From: Planctomycetota bacterium
GTDB lineage: Bacteria > Planctomycetota > B15-G4 > SIAN01
Direction of reading: 5' to 3'
DNA: 64,000 nucleotides
NCBI GenBank assembly: GCA_031409275.1
Contig: JANNXA010000051.1
Coordinates: 224,001 to 288,000 of the forward strand
The number at the start of each line of letters is the position of its first letter. Position 1 is the stretch's first letter. A program made the position numbers and the translations under genes. Of the stretch, positions 30,363 to 40,879 are shown piece after piece. The notes under the pieces were generated by a model. The model was not told the DNA's origin and did not search any database. It worked only from the letters and a program-made list of their open reading frames with translations.

Positions 30363-31508
30363 ATGATCGAACGACTGCTGCTCGGGCCCGGACCGAGCAA
30401 CGTCCCGTACGAAGCGATGCTCGCGCTGCTGCGTCCGACGCTCGGGCACCTCGATCCCGACTTCCTGGCGACGATGCAGCACGTGCGCGAACGGCTGCAG
30501 CAGGTCTTCCAGACCAGGAACCCCCACACGCTCGCGGTCAGCGGCACCGGCACCGCCGGCATGGAGATGATGCTGACCAACCTGGTCGAGCCGGGCGACC
30601 GCGTCGTCGTGGTGGTGAACGGCTTCTTCGGCGGTCGCGGCGCCGAGATGGCGCGCCGACTCGGCGCCGACGTGATCGAGGTGAAAGCGGCCTGGGGGCA
30701 GCCGATCGACCCCGCCGCGGTCGATGCAGCGCTCGGGCAGGCGAAGACGGCGCTGCTCTATTTCGTGCATGCGGAGACCTCGACCGGAGTGCGCAACGAC
30801 GCCGCGGCGCTCGCCGCATGCGCGCGTCGGCGCGACGCGCTGGTGCTGATGGACTGCGTCACGTCGCTCGGCGGCCTGCCCGTCACCATCGACGCATTCG
30901 GCGTCGATGCCGCCTTCTCCGGTTCGCAGAAGTGCCTCGGTGCACCGTGCGGCCTCGCGCCCATCACCTTCGGCGCGCGCGCGCTGGCGAAGATCGCCGC
31001 ACGCAAGAAGCCGGTGCCCTCGATCTACTTCGACCTGCTCTGGCTCGAGAAGTATTGGGGCGCCGAGAAGAGCTACCACCACACGGCCCCGATCCAGAAC
31101 ATGTTCGCCTTCGAGGAGGCGCTGCGCCTGATCCTCGACGAGGGGCTCGAACGCCGCTTCGAGCGCCACGCGTCGGCGCACCGCGCGCTGGTCGCCGGCC
31201 TCGCCGCCATGGGCTTCGAACTGCTGCCGCCGATGGCCAACCGCCTGCCGATGTTGAACGCCGTCGTGCTGCCAGAAGGCCTCGACGAGCTCGCGCTGCG
31301 CAAGCGCCTGCTGCTGCACCACTCGATCGAGATCGGCGCCGGGCTCGGCGACTTGAAGGGCAAGATCCTGCGCATCGGCTTGATGGGGAAGAACGCGAAC
31401 CGCGCGGCGGTGATCACCTTCCTCGCCGCGTTCGAGGAGTCGCTGCGCACGCTCGGTCGCGCGCCCGCCAGCGGTGCCGGCGTCGCTGCCGCGCTCGCGG
31501 CGAGCTGA
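30363..31508 (+). CDS. Alanine--glyoxylate aminotransferase family (class V PLP)
   Basis: LLGPGP, HAETSTG, DCVTSLGG, SGSQK, YHHT, LRIG. Confidence 0.93.
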   Translation: MIERLLLGPGPSNVPYEAMLALLRPTLGHLDPDFLATMQHVRERLQQVFQTRNPHTLAVSGTGTAGMEMMLTNLVEPGDRVVVVVNGFFGGRGAEMARRLGADVIEVKAAWGQPIDPAAVDAALGQAKTALLYFVHAETSTGVRNDAAALAACARRRDALVLMDCVTSLGGLPVTIDAFGVDAAFSGSQKCLGAPCGLAPITFGARALAKIAARKKPVPSIYFDLLWLEKYWGAEKSYHHTAPIQNMFAFEEALRLILDEGLERRFERHASAHRALVAGLAAMGFELLPPMANRLPMLNAVVLPEGLDELALRKRLLLHHSIEIGAGLGDLKGKILRIGLMGKNANRAAVITFLAAFEESLRTLGRAPASGAGVAAALAAS

Positions 31509-31515
31509 GCGAGCC

Positions 31516-33057
31516 GTGCGCGGCCGCTCTCGCGTCGCTGCGCTCGCGCTGCTCTTCGTTTCAGCGTTCGCGGTCGCGTGGTGGTGGACGTCGAGCGCAG
31601 GGGGGCGCGGGCCTGGCCGCGCGACCGAGCCGAAGGCCGGACGGGACGCGCTCGCGAATGCGGCGCGCTCCGATGCGGCGCCACTCGCGTCGCCGGCCAG
31701 CGCACGAGTCGCTGAACCGGACGTCGAGTTCGGCGCTGCGCCCGGACCCTCCACGGCGAGTGGACCCCGAGCGACGGTGATCGGTCGCGTGCACCGCGTG
31801 CGCGACGGCTCTCCCGTGCGCAACGGGACCGTCGTGCTCTCCTACATCGACTTCGCCGCGCGCGGCCTCGATGCCGCGAACTACGCCGCCCTCGACCCCG
31901 AGGCACGGGTCGCGCTGCACGACTTCGATGAGGCGCACCTCGACGCCGACGGCCGCTTCGTGCTCGAGCTTCCATGGCCCGGCGTGGTGCGTCGGGCGGT
32001 GATCCGCCCCGACCTCACTTCGCGCAGCGTGTCGGCGCAGTTCCTCGAGACGGAGCATGAGCTCGGCGAGCGGGCGCTCGACCGGCTCGAGCCGCTCGAT
32101 CTCGACCTCGCCATCGACGAAGGGGCGGCGATCGAGGGGGTGGTCGTCGCGGCGCAGGGTGGCTTCCCGTTGGCTGGCGCCGGCGTGCTCCTGCCGTGGT
32201 GGAGCGACGAGTGGAGCGACTGGGCGTGCCTCAGCGATGCCGAAGGCCGTTTCCGCATCGCCGGCATCCGGCGCGAGGTGGCCGCGGCGCGCTCCCACGC
32301 CGAAGCGATCGCGGAAGCGCCCGGCTACGTGACACGCCGCTTCGAGGTTCCGGCGGCCGGCGATGACCTCGATGTGGTCGGGCTGCGCCTCGCGCTCGAA
32401 CGCGGCGTCTCGCTCGTGGTGCTCCTCGAGCAGTTGGAGCCTGCGGCCGCCGAGTCGGCAGGCGCGCTCTGGCACGACCGGATGGCGACCGCACGTGCGT
32501 GGCTGCAGCCGGCAGCGGCGGCCTCCTCCGAAGCGCCGATCCGCGCGCTGCCATGGCGCGTCGAAGCGATCCCGAGGCGGCGCGGGGACGACTCATTCGA
32601 AGTTCGTTTCGACGCGATCCCGCCGACGCGCGACGTCGAACTGCTGGTGCTGGACGAGCAAGGCCGTCTGCTGGCAACGACGACGGTGGACGCGACCTGC
32701 GAGCGCAGCGAGCTGCACCTTCCGGTCGCAGCGCCGCCGACGGAAGCGGCCGCCTCGCCGAAACTGGAACGGCCGCCCTGGCGAGTCCGGCTGCTCGACG
32801 GCGACGGGACTCCGTTGCGAGAGGTCGACATCGCTTACGACGCCAGCAACGCCACGTTCAGCCGACAGCCGTGCCGACGGACGGACGACGCGGGATGGCT
32901 CGAACTCGACGCGCTCCGACCCGGCGAGGCGTACGCGCTGCGAGCGGCGCGCTTCGAGACCATGCACCTCTTCGCGGCGGGCGCCGCCGTTGCGACGACG
33001 CCGATGGACCGCTTCGAGGTCGAAGTCCGGCTGCGGCCGCTCGCTCCAGCGCGCTGA
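31516..33057 (+). CDS. Membrane-anchored protein with carboxypeptidase-regulatory-like beta domains
   Basis: N-terminal TM; repeats G.V...DG.PV, D..GRF.I, APGY; GTG start inferred. Confidence 0.6.
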   Translation: MRGRSRVAALALLFVSAFAVAWWWTSSAGGRGPGRATEPKAGRDALANAARSDAAPLASPASARVAEPDVEFGAAPGPSTASGPRATVIGRVHRVRDGSPVRNGTVVLSYIDFAARGLDAANYAALDPEARVALHDFDEAHLDADGRFVLELPWPGVVRRAVIRPDLTSRSVSAQFLETEHELGERALDRLEPLDLDLAIDEGAAIEGVVVAAQGGFPLAGAGVLLPWWSDEWSDWACLSDAEGRFRIAGIRREVAAARSHAEAIAEAPGYVTRRFEVPAAGDDLDVVGLRLALERGVSLVVLLEQLEPAAAESAGALWHDRMATARAWLQPAAAASSEAPIRALPWRVEAIPRRRGDDSFEVRFDAIPPTRDVELLVLDEQGRLLATTTVDATCERSELHLPVAAPPTEAAASPKLERPPWRVRLLDGDGTPLREVDIAYDASNATFSRQPCRRTDDAGWLELDALRPGEAYALRAARFETMHLFAAGAAVATTPMDRFEVEVRLRPLAPAR

Positions 33058-33075
33058 ACGGATCCGAACGCAGGC

Positions 33076-35208
33076 TCAGGTCGTCGCCGGCGCGAGCGGC
33101 TCGATGGGCCGCCCCTCCGACTGCACGCAGCGCACCTGGTTGCGGCCGCCTTCCTTGGCCACGTAGAGCCCCTCGTCACTGAGCTTCAGCAGATGCTCGA
33201 AGTCGGGGACGCCGGCGCGGCGGGTGGCCACGCCGAGGCTCACGGTGACGTGGCCGTCGAAGGTCCCACCGCGGATCGCGTGCGCCTCGACCGCCGCGCG
33301 CAGCCGTTCGCCGAGCGCCGTGGCCTGCTCGGCGCCGGCGCCGGGCATGACCACGACGAACTCCTCGCCGCCGAGCCGGCACACGCACGCCGGCGGTTCC
33401 GTCTGCGTCGAGAGGACCTTCGCCGTCTCCTTCAGCACGAGATCGCCGATGTCGTGGCCGTAGGTGTCGTTGACGCGCTTGAACTTGTCGATGTCGACCA
33501 TGATCGCGGAGAACGGGGCGTCGTCCTTGGTCGCCTTGTCCCAACCTTCGCGCAACGCCTCCATGGCGTAGCGGCGGTTGGGCAGCTCGGTCAGGACGTC
33601 GGTGACCGCCGCCTGTTGGAGCCGGCGCGCGAGGATGCCGAGCTCGGCCACCTGCTTCTGCATCGTCGCCTTGTCGGCATCGACGCGTTCCTGGAGCCGA
33701 ACCACGCGCATGCCGGCGCGCACGCGCGCCAACAGGAGCTTCGGCTTGAAGGGCTTGACCACGTAGTCGTCGCAACCGCTGTCGAAGGCTTCGACGATGC
33801 GGTCCTCGTTCTCGTCGGCGGTGAGCAGGATGATGTAGACGCGGCGACCCGCCTCGAAGGCGCGCAGGCTCTTGCACAACTTCACGCCATCCATGCCGGG
33901 CATGTTGCGGTCGGCGATGACGATGTGCGGAATGATCTGCATGGCCGACTTGAGGGCTTCGTTGCCGTCGCTCGTCGTCGTCACCTGGTGACCCGCTCGC
34001 TGCAACAACGCGGCGAGCAGCTTGAGCGAGGAGGCGTCATCGTCGACCAGCAGGATGCGCGCGCGGTTCGCAATGCCGGAAGCGTTGGCCGCCGTCGAAC
34101 TGGCGAGCGGGGCGGCGACGGGCGGACGGGGTGCCGCAGAAGTCGGAGCTGCCGACTTGGACGTCGGGATCGGCGCGGGCGCCGACGGCTTGCTCGCGAC
34201 CGGCGAGGCCGGGGCCGGTTTGGTGCCGTGATTCGCGACGGGCGCAGCCGCGACGGGCTTCGCGCTCGGCTTGTCGGCGACGTAGAGCGGACTGTGTCCG
34301 CGCGACCGAGCCGGCGCGCCGCCGTTGTAGGGCGGGACCGCCGTCGTGACGATCTCGAGCATGTTGCCCCAGGCGCGCCACGCCTCGACCATCTCGTTCC
34401 ATAGGAAGGCGAGGTCTTCCGCCTTCCAATCGGGGAGTTCGGCGAGCGCGGACTGCACGAGCTCGACATCGAGCGGCTTGTCGTCGGGAAGGATGAAGGC
34501 GGTGGCGAAACGCGCCGCGATCCACACCAGGACCGAGACTCCCGGCCCGCGCTTGCCTTCGCGCAGTGGCGGAGCGGCGAGCGCGACGGCCTGCGCTGCG
34601 GTGGAGAATGCCTCCGGCAGCTTCCACTCGGTCAGCATCGCAGCGGTCACTTCGCGGTGATCGATGCCGAAGCGCTTCTGCTCGAGCACGGCGCGACCGT
34701 TGGTCGTGAACGCCTCGGGCGAGGAGAGGATCTGCGCAAACTCGCGCGGATGGACCGTTGCGAGCGCCAACGACCCGAGGTCGCTGACGAGGGCGGCCAC
34801 GAAGACTTCGGCGGGCACGCCAATCTTGAAGCGCGCCGACATGACATGCGCCGCGACGGCACGCGCCAGCGATTGCGACCAGAACAACCCGTAGTCGAAT
34901 GCCTCGCACACGCCGTTTCGATGCGCCGAGACCAGGCTGAAGCCCAGCGCGATGCTGCGCACCGAGCGCAGCCCGAGGCGCATCGTCGCCTCCTTGATCG
35001 TGGCGCACGGGCGCGCGCCGCCGGCGAGCGCCGTGTTCGAGACCTGCAGCAGGCGGCCGGTCAGCGACGGATCGGACTGGATGCAACGCGCGAGCTCATC
35101 GACCGAGCAATTCTCGTTCTGCGTGATGCGCAGGATCTCCATGCCCACTCCGGGTGGAGAGGGCAGGGCGCCAGTGGCCTTCAGCTCTTCGAAGGTCTTG
35201 TTCGCCAT
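33076..35208 (-). CDS. HDOD-REC-GGDEF diguanylate cyclase
   Basis: HDOD LPSPP..DPSLTGRLL..FW..S; REC LLVDDD..ADRNMPGMDG..KP; DIDKFKRVNDTYGH..GGEEF. Confidence 0.93.
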   Translation of the reverse strand: MANKTFEELKATGALPSPPGVGMEILRITQNENCSVDELARCIQSDPSLTGRLLQVSNTALAGGARPCATIKEATMRLGLRSVRSIALGFSLVSAHRNGVCEAFDYGLFWSQSLARAVAAHVMSARFKIGVPAEVFVAALVSDLGSLALATVHPREFAQILSSPEAFTTNGRAVLEQKRFGIDHREVTAAMLTEWKLPEAFSTAAQAVALAAPPLREGKRGPGVSVLVWIAARFATAFILPDDKPLDVELVQSALAELPDWKAEDLAFLWNEMVEAWRAWGNMLEIVTTAVPPYNGGAPARSRGHSPLYVADKPSAKPVAAAPVANHGTKPAPASPVASKPSAPAPIPTSKSAAPTSAAPRPPVAAPLASSTAANASGIANRARILLVDDDASSLKLLAALLQRAGHQVTTTSDGNEALKSAMQIIPHIVIADRNMPGMDGVKLCKSLRAFEAGRRVYIILLTADENEDRIVEAFDSGCDDYVVKPFKPKLLLARVRAGMRVVRLQERVDADKATMQKQVAELGILARRLQQAAVTDVLTELPNRRYAMEALREGWDKATKDDAPFSAIMVDIDKFKRVNDTYGHDIGDLVLKETAKVLSTQTEPPACVCRLGGEEFVVVMPGAGAEQATALGERLRAAVEAHAIRGGTFDGHVTVSLGVATRRAGVPDFEHLLKLSDEGLYVAKEGGRNQVRCVQSEGRPIEPLAPATT

Positions 35209-35417
35209 TGATGGTCGCCGTCCATTGCGCGTCGTTGCGGGAGCCGGAGCCGTACCCGAAATCGCGCAACGGCCGCGTTCCTGCGGCAGAGCAGGGCACG
35301 CGCTCGCGATCAGGCAAAACCCTGATCGTCCCGCGCGCCGGTCACGCTGTAACCGTCGGACCGCACGCCGGCGAGCCGCCGTCGGAAATCCCTGCTCGAC
35401 GCGGCTAACGTCGCCGC

Positions 35418-36233
35418 ATGCTCCCCCTCGACACCTTTCGCGATCAGGTCGTCCTTGTCACCGGCGGCGGCACCGGACTCGGTCTCGTCACCGCGAAACG
35501 GTTCGCCGCGCTCGGCGCCCGCCTCGTGTTGGCGAGCCGTCGTGCGGAGCATCTCGATCCAGCCGCCGCCGAACTCTCCGCCGCCGGCGCGCAAGTGCTC
35601 GCGGTCCCGACCGATGTCACGCGGCCGGGCTCGGTGGATGCGCTCGTCGAACAGGCGCTCGCCCGCTTCGGCCGCATCGACGTGCTGGTGAACAACGCGG
35701 CGGGCAACTTCCTCTGCCCGGCCGAGGACCTCTCGCCGGCCGGCTTCAAGGTCGTGATCGACATCGCCTTGAATGGCGTCTTCTATTGCTCGCGCGCCGT
35801 CGGCCGGCAGATGCTGGCGCAGGGGCGCGGACGCATCGTGAACGTCGTCGCGGCGTACGCGTGGACCGGCGGTCCGGGCACCATCCACAGCGCCGCGGCG
35901 AAAGCGGGAGTCGTCGCGATGACGCGCACGCTCGCCGTCGAGTGGGGTGGACGCGGCCTGCGCGTGAACGCGGTCTGCCCCGGATTCTTCGACTCGGACG
36001 GGGCGAGCGAGCGATTGTGGCCCGACCCCGCGGTCGCGGCGCGGATGGCGCGAAGCGTGCCGGTCGGCCGCTTCGGCGAGATGGCCGAGATCGCCAACGC
36101 CATCACCTACCTCGCCTCGCCGTTCGCCGACTACGTGAACGGCGAAGTGCTCGTGGTCGACGGCGGCCAGCACCTCGGCAAGGGACTCGATGGCGAAGGC
36201 GGAGCAGTCAGCGCGGATCGTCCACCACGATGA
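35418..36233 (+). CDS. SDR oxidoreductase, 2,4-dienoyl-CoA reductase-like
   Basis: TGGGTGLG, NNAAGNF, HSAAAKAG. Confidence 0.88.
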   Translation: MLPLDTFRDQVVLVTGGGTGLGLVTAKRFAALGARLVLASRRAEHLDPAAAELSAAGAQVLAVPTDVTRPGSVDALVEQALARFGRIDVLVNNAAGNFLCPAEDLSPAGFKVVIDIALNGVFYCSRAVGRQMLAQGRGRIVNVVAAYAWTGGPGTIHSAAAKAGVVAMTRTLAVEWGGRGLRVNAVCPGFFDSDGASERLWPDPAVAARMARSVPVGRFGEMAEIANAITYLASPFADYVNGEVLVVDGGQHLGKGLDGEGGAVSADRPPR

Positions 36234-37206
36234 CTTCGTCGCCCGCGAGCTCGTAGCGCTGGCCGACCGGCAACGGCGGCAAGCGGACCCAGCGATTCTG
36301 GAGCAGCTCGTCGATGGTCGGGCTGCGGCCATTCTCGGCACGGAACTGAACGACCCAATGCGCCGCCCCGCGCAGCACGCTCCTGCTCTCGAGCTCGTCG
36401 CAACGATCGAAGTGCGGTCGGCCGGTCGAGTCGAGCCGCGTCGACCCGAGGACGGCTTCGACCACCTCCGGCGCCATCAGCCCGGGTCGCCGCAAGTCGT
36501 TGCTCGAAAGCGGCGCGCGACCGACCTCGGTGGTGTAGTCGTCGATCGCCCGCAACGCGATGCGGCGCTTGACGCGTTCGAGCTGAAGCTCCGCCGATTC
36601 GCGCACCAGGTCGGTGGGATGGTCGAGGTAGCCAACCCACTGCGCCAGCGCCGCGTAATCCTCGCGGCTGTCGACGAGGAGCGAAACATAGAAGCCCATC
36701 GTCATCGCGTCGCAGCGCGGGTCCTTGACGACCGGCTCGAGGACCTTGAGCGTGCGCTCGCGATCCTGGCGGTTGGTGTACCAGGTCATCGCCAGCTCGA
36801 CCGCCAGCCGCAGATCGAGCGGATTCTCGGCGACGCCGCGCTCGAGCAGCGCGATCGCCCGGGTCGGGTCGCGCTCGATCATCGTTAGGTAGGTCGCGCC
36901 GAAGCTGTAGACCGTCGCGAAGTTCGGCTCGAGTGCCGGGATCACGGTGAACAGGTTGTCGAGCCAGGCGATCTTGCGCTGCGGATCGGAGAAGTCGCGC
37001 GACAGGTCGCCGATCGCCGACAGCCAGAGCAGGTCGGCGCAGGTCGAGCGATGGCCGGCCGTGAGCAGCCGCGCGAGCTTGGGCTTCGGGACGAACGAGG
37101 TGCCCGGCAGGCGACGGCCGCTATTCGCCTCGCCGAGCGGGCCGCGCAGCAGCACGGCCCCGCCGAAGCACGCGACCATCACCATCGGAATCGTGCCGCC
37201 GAACAT
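36208..37206 (-). CDS. PilG(Myxococcus)/XapA-like pilus accessory protein
   Basis: FVPKP..L..GH..ADLLWL, TPR-like AIALLERG; TGATG coupling to upstream permease. Confidence 0.6.
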   Translation of the reverse strand: MFGGTIPMVMVACFGGAVLLRGPLGEANSGRRLPGTSFVPKPKLARLLTAGHRSTCADLLWLSAIGDLSRDFSDPQRKIAWLDNLFTVIPALEPNFATVYSFGATYLTMIERDPTRAIALLERGVAENPLDLRLAVELAMTWYTNRQDRERTLKVLEPVVKDPRCDAMTMGFYVSLLVDSREDYAALAQWVGYLDHPTDLVRESAELQLERVKRRIALRAIDDYTTEVGRAPLSSNDLRRPGLMAPEVVEAVLGSTRLDSTGRPHFDRCDELESRSVLRGAAHWVVQFRAENGRSPTIDELLQNRWVRLPPLPVGQRYELAGDEVIVVDDPR

Positions 37207-37973
37207 CAGACTTCCCGCCGCCGGAACAGGAGGATCGCGCCGCCGACGAAGACCGTCGACCACAGCGCCATCGCCAGCGCACCGAGCGCAAGCTGATGCC
37301 AGTGGATCGGCAAGCCCGCGTGGGTGGCGTTGATGAAGTTCACGTCTTCGGTGTTGGGCAGCAGTCGGTAGGCGAGCGACCAGAAGGTCGCGAACTCGGG
37401 CGTCTTGCCATCGGCACAAAGCTCGCGCAGCGCTTCGGTGGAGCGCGCGGCGAGCGCGAAACAGCAGGTCCCGACCGCCGCGATCGCCGGTGCGGTGAGC
37501 GTGCCGAGGAAGAGGGCCACCGCCACCAGCAGCGTCGATTCGCACAGCAGCCCGATCAGCGCCGCGAAGAGCGCCGCGCTCGGTTCTCCTCCCCACAGCA
37601 CGACCCAGAGCAGCAGCGCGCCACCGGCCGCCGCGAGGCAGCTCCAGGTCGCTGCGACCAGCCCGAAGTACTTGCCGAGCAGGAACTCGCCACGCGTCAC
37701 GTCGCGCGAGAGGATCGGGTAGAGCGTGCGCCGCTCGACTTCCTTGGCGAGGCTGAACGCTCCGACCAGCATCGCGAGCAGCAGCCCGAGCGCCGCGAGC
37801 CCGGACAGCGAGAAGTCCTGCACCATCTTGAGCTCGTCCTCGACCGACAGCCAGCCGAGCACGCGGCTGAACAGGACGAGTCCGAGAGCGAACAGCGCCA
37901 CCACCAACAGCACCTTGTCGCGCATCGCCTCGAGGAACGTGGCGCGCGCGAGGACGGCGACTCGATCTCTCAT
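37206..37973 (-). CDS. ABC permease, PilI/XapB-like
   Basis: ATFLEAMRDK, KEVERRTLYPILS..GKY, terminal FRRREV; ATGA coupling. Confidence 0.8.
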   Translation of the reverse strand: MRDRVAVLARATFLEAMRDKVLLVVALFALGLVLFSRVLGWLSVEDELKMVQDFSLSGLAALGLLLAMLVGAFSLAKEVERRTLYPILSRDVTRGEFLLGKYFGLVAATWSCLAAAGGALLLWVVLWGGEPSAALFAALIGLLCESTLLVAVALFLGTLTAPAIAAVGTCCFALAARSTEALRELCADGKTPEFATFWSLAYRLLPNTEDVNFINATHAGLPIHWHQLALGALAMALWSTVFVGGAILLFRRREV

Positions 37974-38986
37974 GCTTCGACCTCCTCCGGAACGGGCAGC
38001 GGTTCGATCGGGGCAGTGGAAGCCGTCGAGGCAACCGGAGCACTCGCCGCGGGCGCCGCCGCTCGATCGTCGAGGAAGCGGACGAACCACGTTTCGAGCG
38101 ACTCCCGTTCCGGCGCAAGCGACAGCAGTCGGCCGCCCGCCGCGTGCACCTCCGCCGCGAAGGCGGGACCGAGCGTCGCACCCGGCAAGCACGCGGTCAC
38201 CGTCGCACCGCTCGCGCGGAACAGCGTGGCCGCAGCGGCGAGCCGCTCTCGCAGCGCCTCGGGAACCCCTTCCGCGCACAGTTCGAAGGAACGGGGCGCG
38301 CTGGCGAGGAGGTCGTGGATCGTCCCTTCGCGCACCAGGTCGCCGCGATGCAGCACCACGACGCGATCGCACAGCTCCTGCACGTCGGCGAGGACGTGCG
38401 AGCAGAGGACGACCGTGCAGCCCGCGCGGCGCTGCTCGAGGATCAGCTCTTTCACCAGTCGCCGGCCGCCGGGGTCGAGCCCGGTGAGCGGCTCATCGAG
38501 GACGAGGAGTTCCGGTTGGTGCAGCAGCGCGGCCGCAAGCCCGAAGCGCTGGCGCATCCCCTTGCTGAACCCACGCAACCGCCGATTCGCCGCCTCGGTG
38601 AGGCCGACGCGTTCGAGTAGCGCGGGAGTGCGCGCCGCGATGGTCGCGCGATCGAGACCGACGAGGCGGCCGTAGATCGCGAGCCCTTCGCGCGGCGTGA
38701 AGTGCTCGTGGAAGTAGGGGTTCTCGGGCAGGTAGCCCAGGGCGCGGCGCGCGCTGGCGTCGCCGCTCGGCCGACCGAGCAGCGTCGCGCTGCCGCCGTC
38801 AGCCGCGAGCAGTCCGGTGGCGATCTTGAGGGTCGTCGTCTTGCCCGCGCCGTTCTGGCCGAGCAGGCCGAAGCACTCGCCTTCCTGGACCGCGAACGAG
38901 ACCCCGTTCAGCGCCGTCACGCGTGGCTTGAACAGTCCGGGCTTGAAGCCCTTCCTCAATTCGCGAACCTCGAGCACGGTCCGCAT
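37970..38986 (-). CDS. ABC ATPase, PilH/XapD-like
   Basis: KGFKPGLF..AL, GQNGAGKT, GYLPENPYF, FSKGM, LDEP; AAGGAG RBS. Confidence 0.88.
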   Translation of the reverse strand: MRTVLEVRELRKGFKPGLFKPRVTALNGVSFAVQEGECFGLLGQNGAGKTTTLKIATGLLAADGGSATLLGRPSGDASARRALGYLPENPYFHEHFTPREGLAIYGRLVGLDRATIAARTPALLERVGLTEAANRRLRGFSKGMRQRFGLAAALLHQPELLVLDEPLTGLDPGGRRLVKELILEQRRAGCTVVLCSHVLADVQELCDRVVVLHRGDLVREGTIHDLLASAPRSFELCAEGVPEALRERLAAAATLFRASGATVTACLPGATLGPAFAAEVHAAGGRLLSLAPERESLETWFVRFLDDRAAAPAASAPVASTASTAPIEPLPVPEEVEA

Positions 38987-39112
38987 CGCCGGCCTCTCCT
39001 TGTCCTGGTGCCGCCAGCGGGGCGCTGGTCGGCAAACTCTTCTCACAACCGATGTCGGCAGCCGGACCACCCGCGCTTGAGCGCGCGGCCGGCGCCCCCG
39101 CCACGAGGATTC

Positions 39113-40045
39113 GTGAACCACGGCTTCACCTTTCGCGAGCGGCTGCCGGCAGCCGCGGCCGGCCAGCTCCTCCTCGACGACCTCGAGCGGCGCTGGCGCC
39201 ATGGCACGCGCGACGACTGGCGCGGCCGGCTCGCGCGTGGCGAGGTCACGCTCGATGGCCTCGCCGCGCGCGGCGACGAGCGGCTCACCGCCGGAACGGA
39301 ACTCGCCTGGCATCGCCCGCCCTGGGAAGAGCCCCAGGCGCCGCTCGCCTGCGCGCTGCTGTGGCGCGACGAGCACTTCCTCGCGGTGGCGAAGCCGGCC
39401 GGCTTGCCCACGATGCCCTCGGGTGGCCGCTTCCTCGAGCACACGCTGCTGCATCAGGTGCGCCGTCGCTTCCCGGAAGCGAGCCTGCTCCATCGCCTCG
39501 ACCGCGGGACCTCGGGCGTCGTCCTGTTGGCGCGCACCGCCGCCGCGCGCAGCGCCGGCTCGAAGCTCTTCCGCGACGGCACGATCGAGCGCACCTACCG
39601 CGGCCGCGTGATCGGAGCGCCGACCGCAGAGCGCTTGTGGCTCGACGCCCCGATCGGTGAGCGGCCCCACCCGACGCTCGGCCGCGTCTTCGCTGCCGTC
39701 GGCGCGAACGAAGCGGGACGCGCGGCGCGCACCGAGGTCTCGGTGATCGAGCGCGACGCCGGCACGACGCTGGTGGCGATCCGCATCGACAGCGGCCGTC
39801 CCCACCAGATCCGAATCCACCTGGCGTGGGCAGGGTTCGCGCTGGAAGGCGAACCGTTCTTCGGGGCCGCCGGCCTTCCGATCGAGGGCACGCTGAAGCG
39901 GCCGGGCGACATCGGCTACGCGTTGCACGCGCTCTCGCTCGTCGCGCCGCATCCGTTGGCCGACGGATCGCTCTCGATCTGGTGCGCGCCGCCGCCCCGA
40001 TTGCGCGCGCACGGCGAAGTACCGGTGGCGCCGCCGACCACGTAA
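39113..40045 (+). CDS. RluA-family pseudouridine synthase
   Basis: KPAGL, HRLDRGTSG, GRPHQIRIH, LHA. Confidence 0.93.
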   Translation: MNHGFTFRERLPAAAAGQLLLDDLERRWRHGTRDDWRGRLARGEVTLDGLAARGDERLTAGTELAWHRPPWEEPQAPLACALLWRDEHFLAVAKPAGLPTMPSGGRFLEHTLLHQVRRRFPEASLLHRLDRGTSGVVLLARTAAARSAGSKLFRDGTIERTYRGRVIGAPTAERLWLDAPIGERPHPTLGRVFAAVGANEAGRAARTEVSVIERDAGTTLVAIRIDSGRPHQIRIHLAWAGFALEGEPFFGAAGLPIEGTLKRPGDIGYALHALSLVAPHPLADGSLSIWCAPPPRLRAHGEVPVAPPTT

Positions 40046-40093
40046 CCTCCCCCGCCTCGCGCGCCGTGGCGCCAGCCGAAGGAGACGCAAGTC

Positions 40094-40879
40094 GTGAGCG
40101 ACGGGAAGGATGCCGGAACGCCTGCCACTGCGGCGAGCGGGGCGCTGATCGAAGCGCGCAACGTCTATCGCCTCTATCCGGGCGGCCGCGATGCGGCGCC
40201 CGTGCTGCACGACGTCAGCCTCGCGCTGCCCGAGGGCAAGTTCATCGTCATCATGGGCCCGAGCGGTTCGGGCAAGTCGACGCTGCTGCATCTGCTGTGC
40301 GGGCTCGACCTGCCCTCGTCCGGCCAGATCTTCCTCGCCGGCCAGGAACTCACCGCGATGGACGACGAGGCGCGCACGAAGCTGCGCCGCGCCTGGGTTG
40401 GATTCGTGTTCCAGTTCTACAACCTCGTGCCGAACCTCACCGTCGGCGAGAACCTCGCGTTGCCGCTGCTGCTGCAGGGCATCACCGATCCGCGCGGTGA
40501 TCCGCGCTACGACGAGGTCGCGCGGCTGTTCGGGCTGTCGGACAAGCTCGCGCGCCGCCCGCATGAGTTGTCCGGCGGCGAGATGCAGCGCACCTCGATC
40601 GCCCGCGCCGTCATCCACCAACCGCGCGCCGTCTTCGCCGACGAACCGACGGGCAACCTCTCCACCAAAGCGGGGCTCGAGGTGATGGAGCACCTGCGCC
40701 GCGCCGTCGACGTGCTCCATCGCACCGTCGTGCTGGTCACCCACAACCCGCGCGACGCTCGTTTCGCCGACGAGCTCCATTTCCTGAAGGACGGTCGCAT
40801 CGACCCGGCCTGGTCGCTGCGCGGAGGACCGATCGATGAACATCACATCCATGCTCGCCTGGAGGAGTTTGGCATCTAG
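40094..40879 (+). CDS. LolD/MacB-type ABC ATPase
   Basis: GPSGSGKS, GFVFQFYNL, LSGGE, ADEPTGNL. Confidence 0.93.
   Translation: MSDGKDAGTPATAASGALIEARNVYRLYPGGRDAAPVLHDVSLALPEGKFIVIMGPSGSGKSTLLHLLCGLDLPSSGQIFLAGQELTAMDDEARTKLRRAWVGFVFQFYNLVPNLTVGENLALPLLLQGITDPRGDPRYDEVARLFGLSDKLARRPHELSGGEMQRTSIARAVIHQPRAVFADEPTGNLSTKAGLEVMEHLRRAVDVLHRTVVLVTHNPRDARFADELHFLKDGRIDPAWSLRGGPIDEHHIHARLEEFGI

Noticed and set aside
35209..35417. c-di-GMP riboswitch near GGCAAAAC
   Set aside because: Lacks the GNRA tetraloop/receptor two-stem layout; only a simple palindrome
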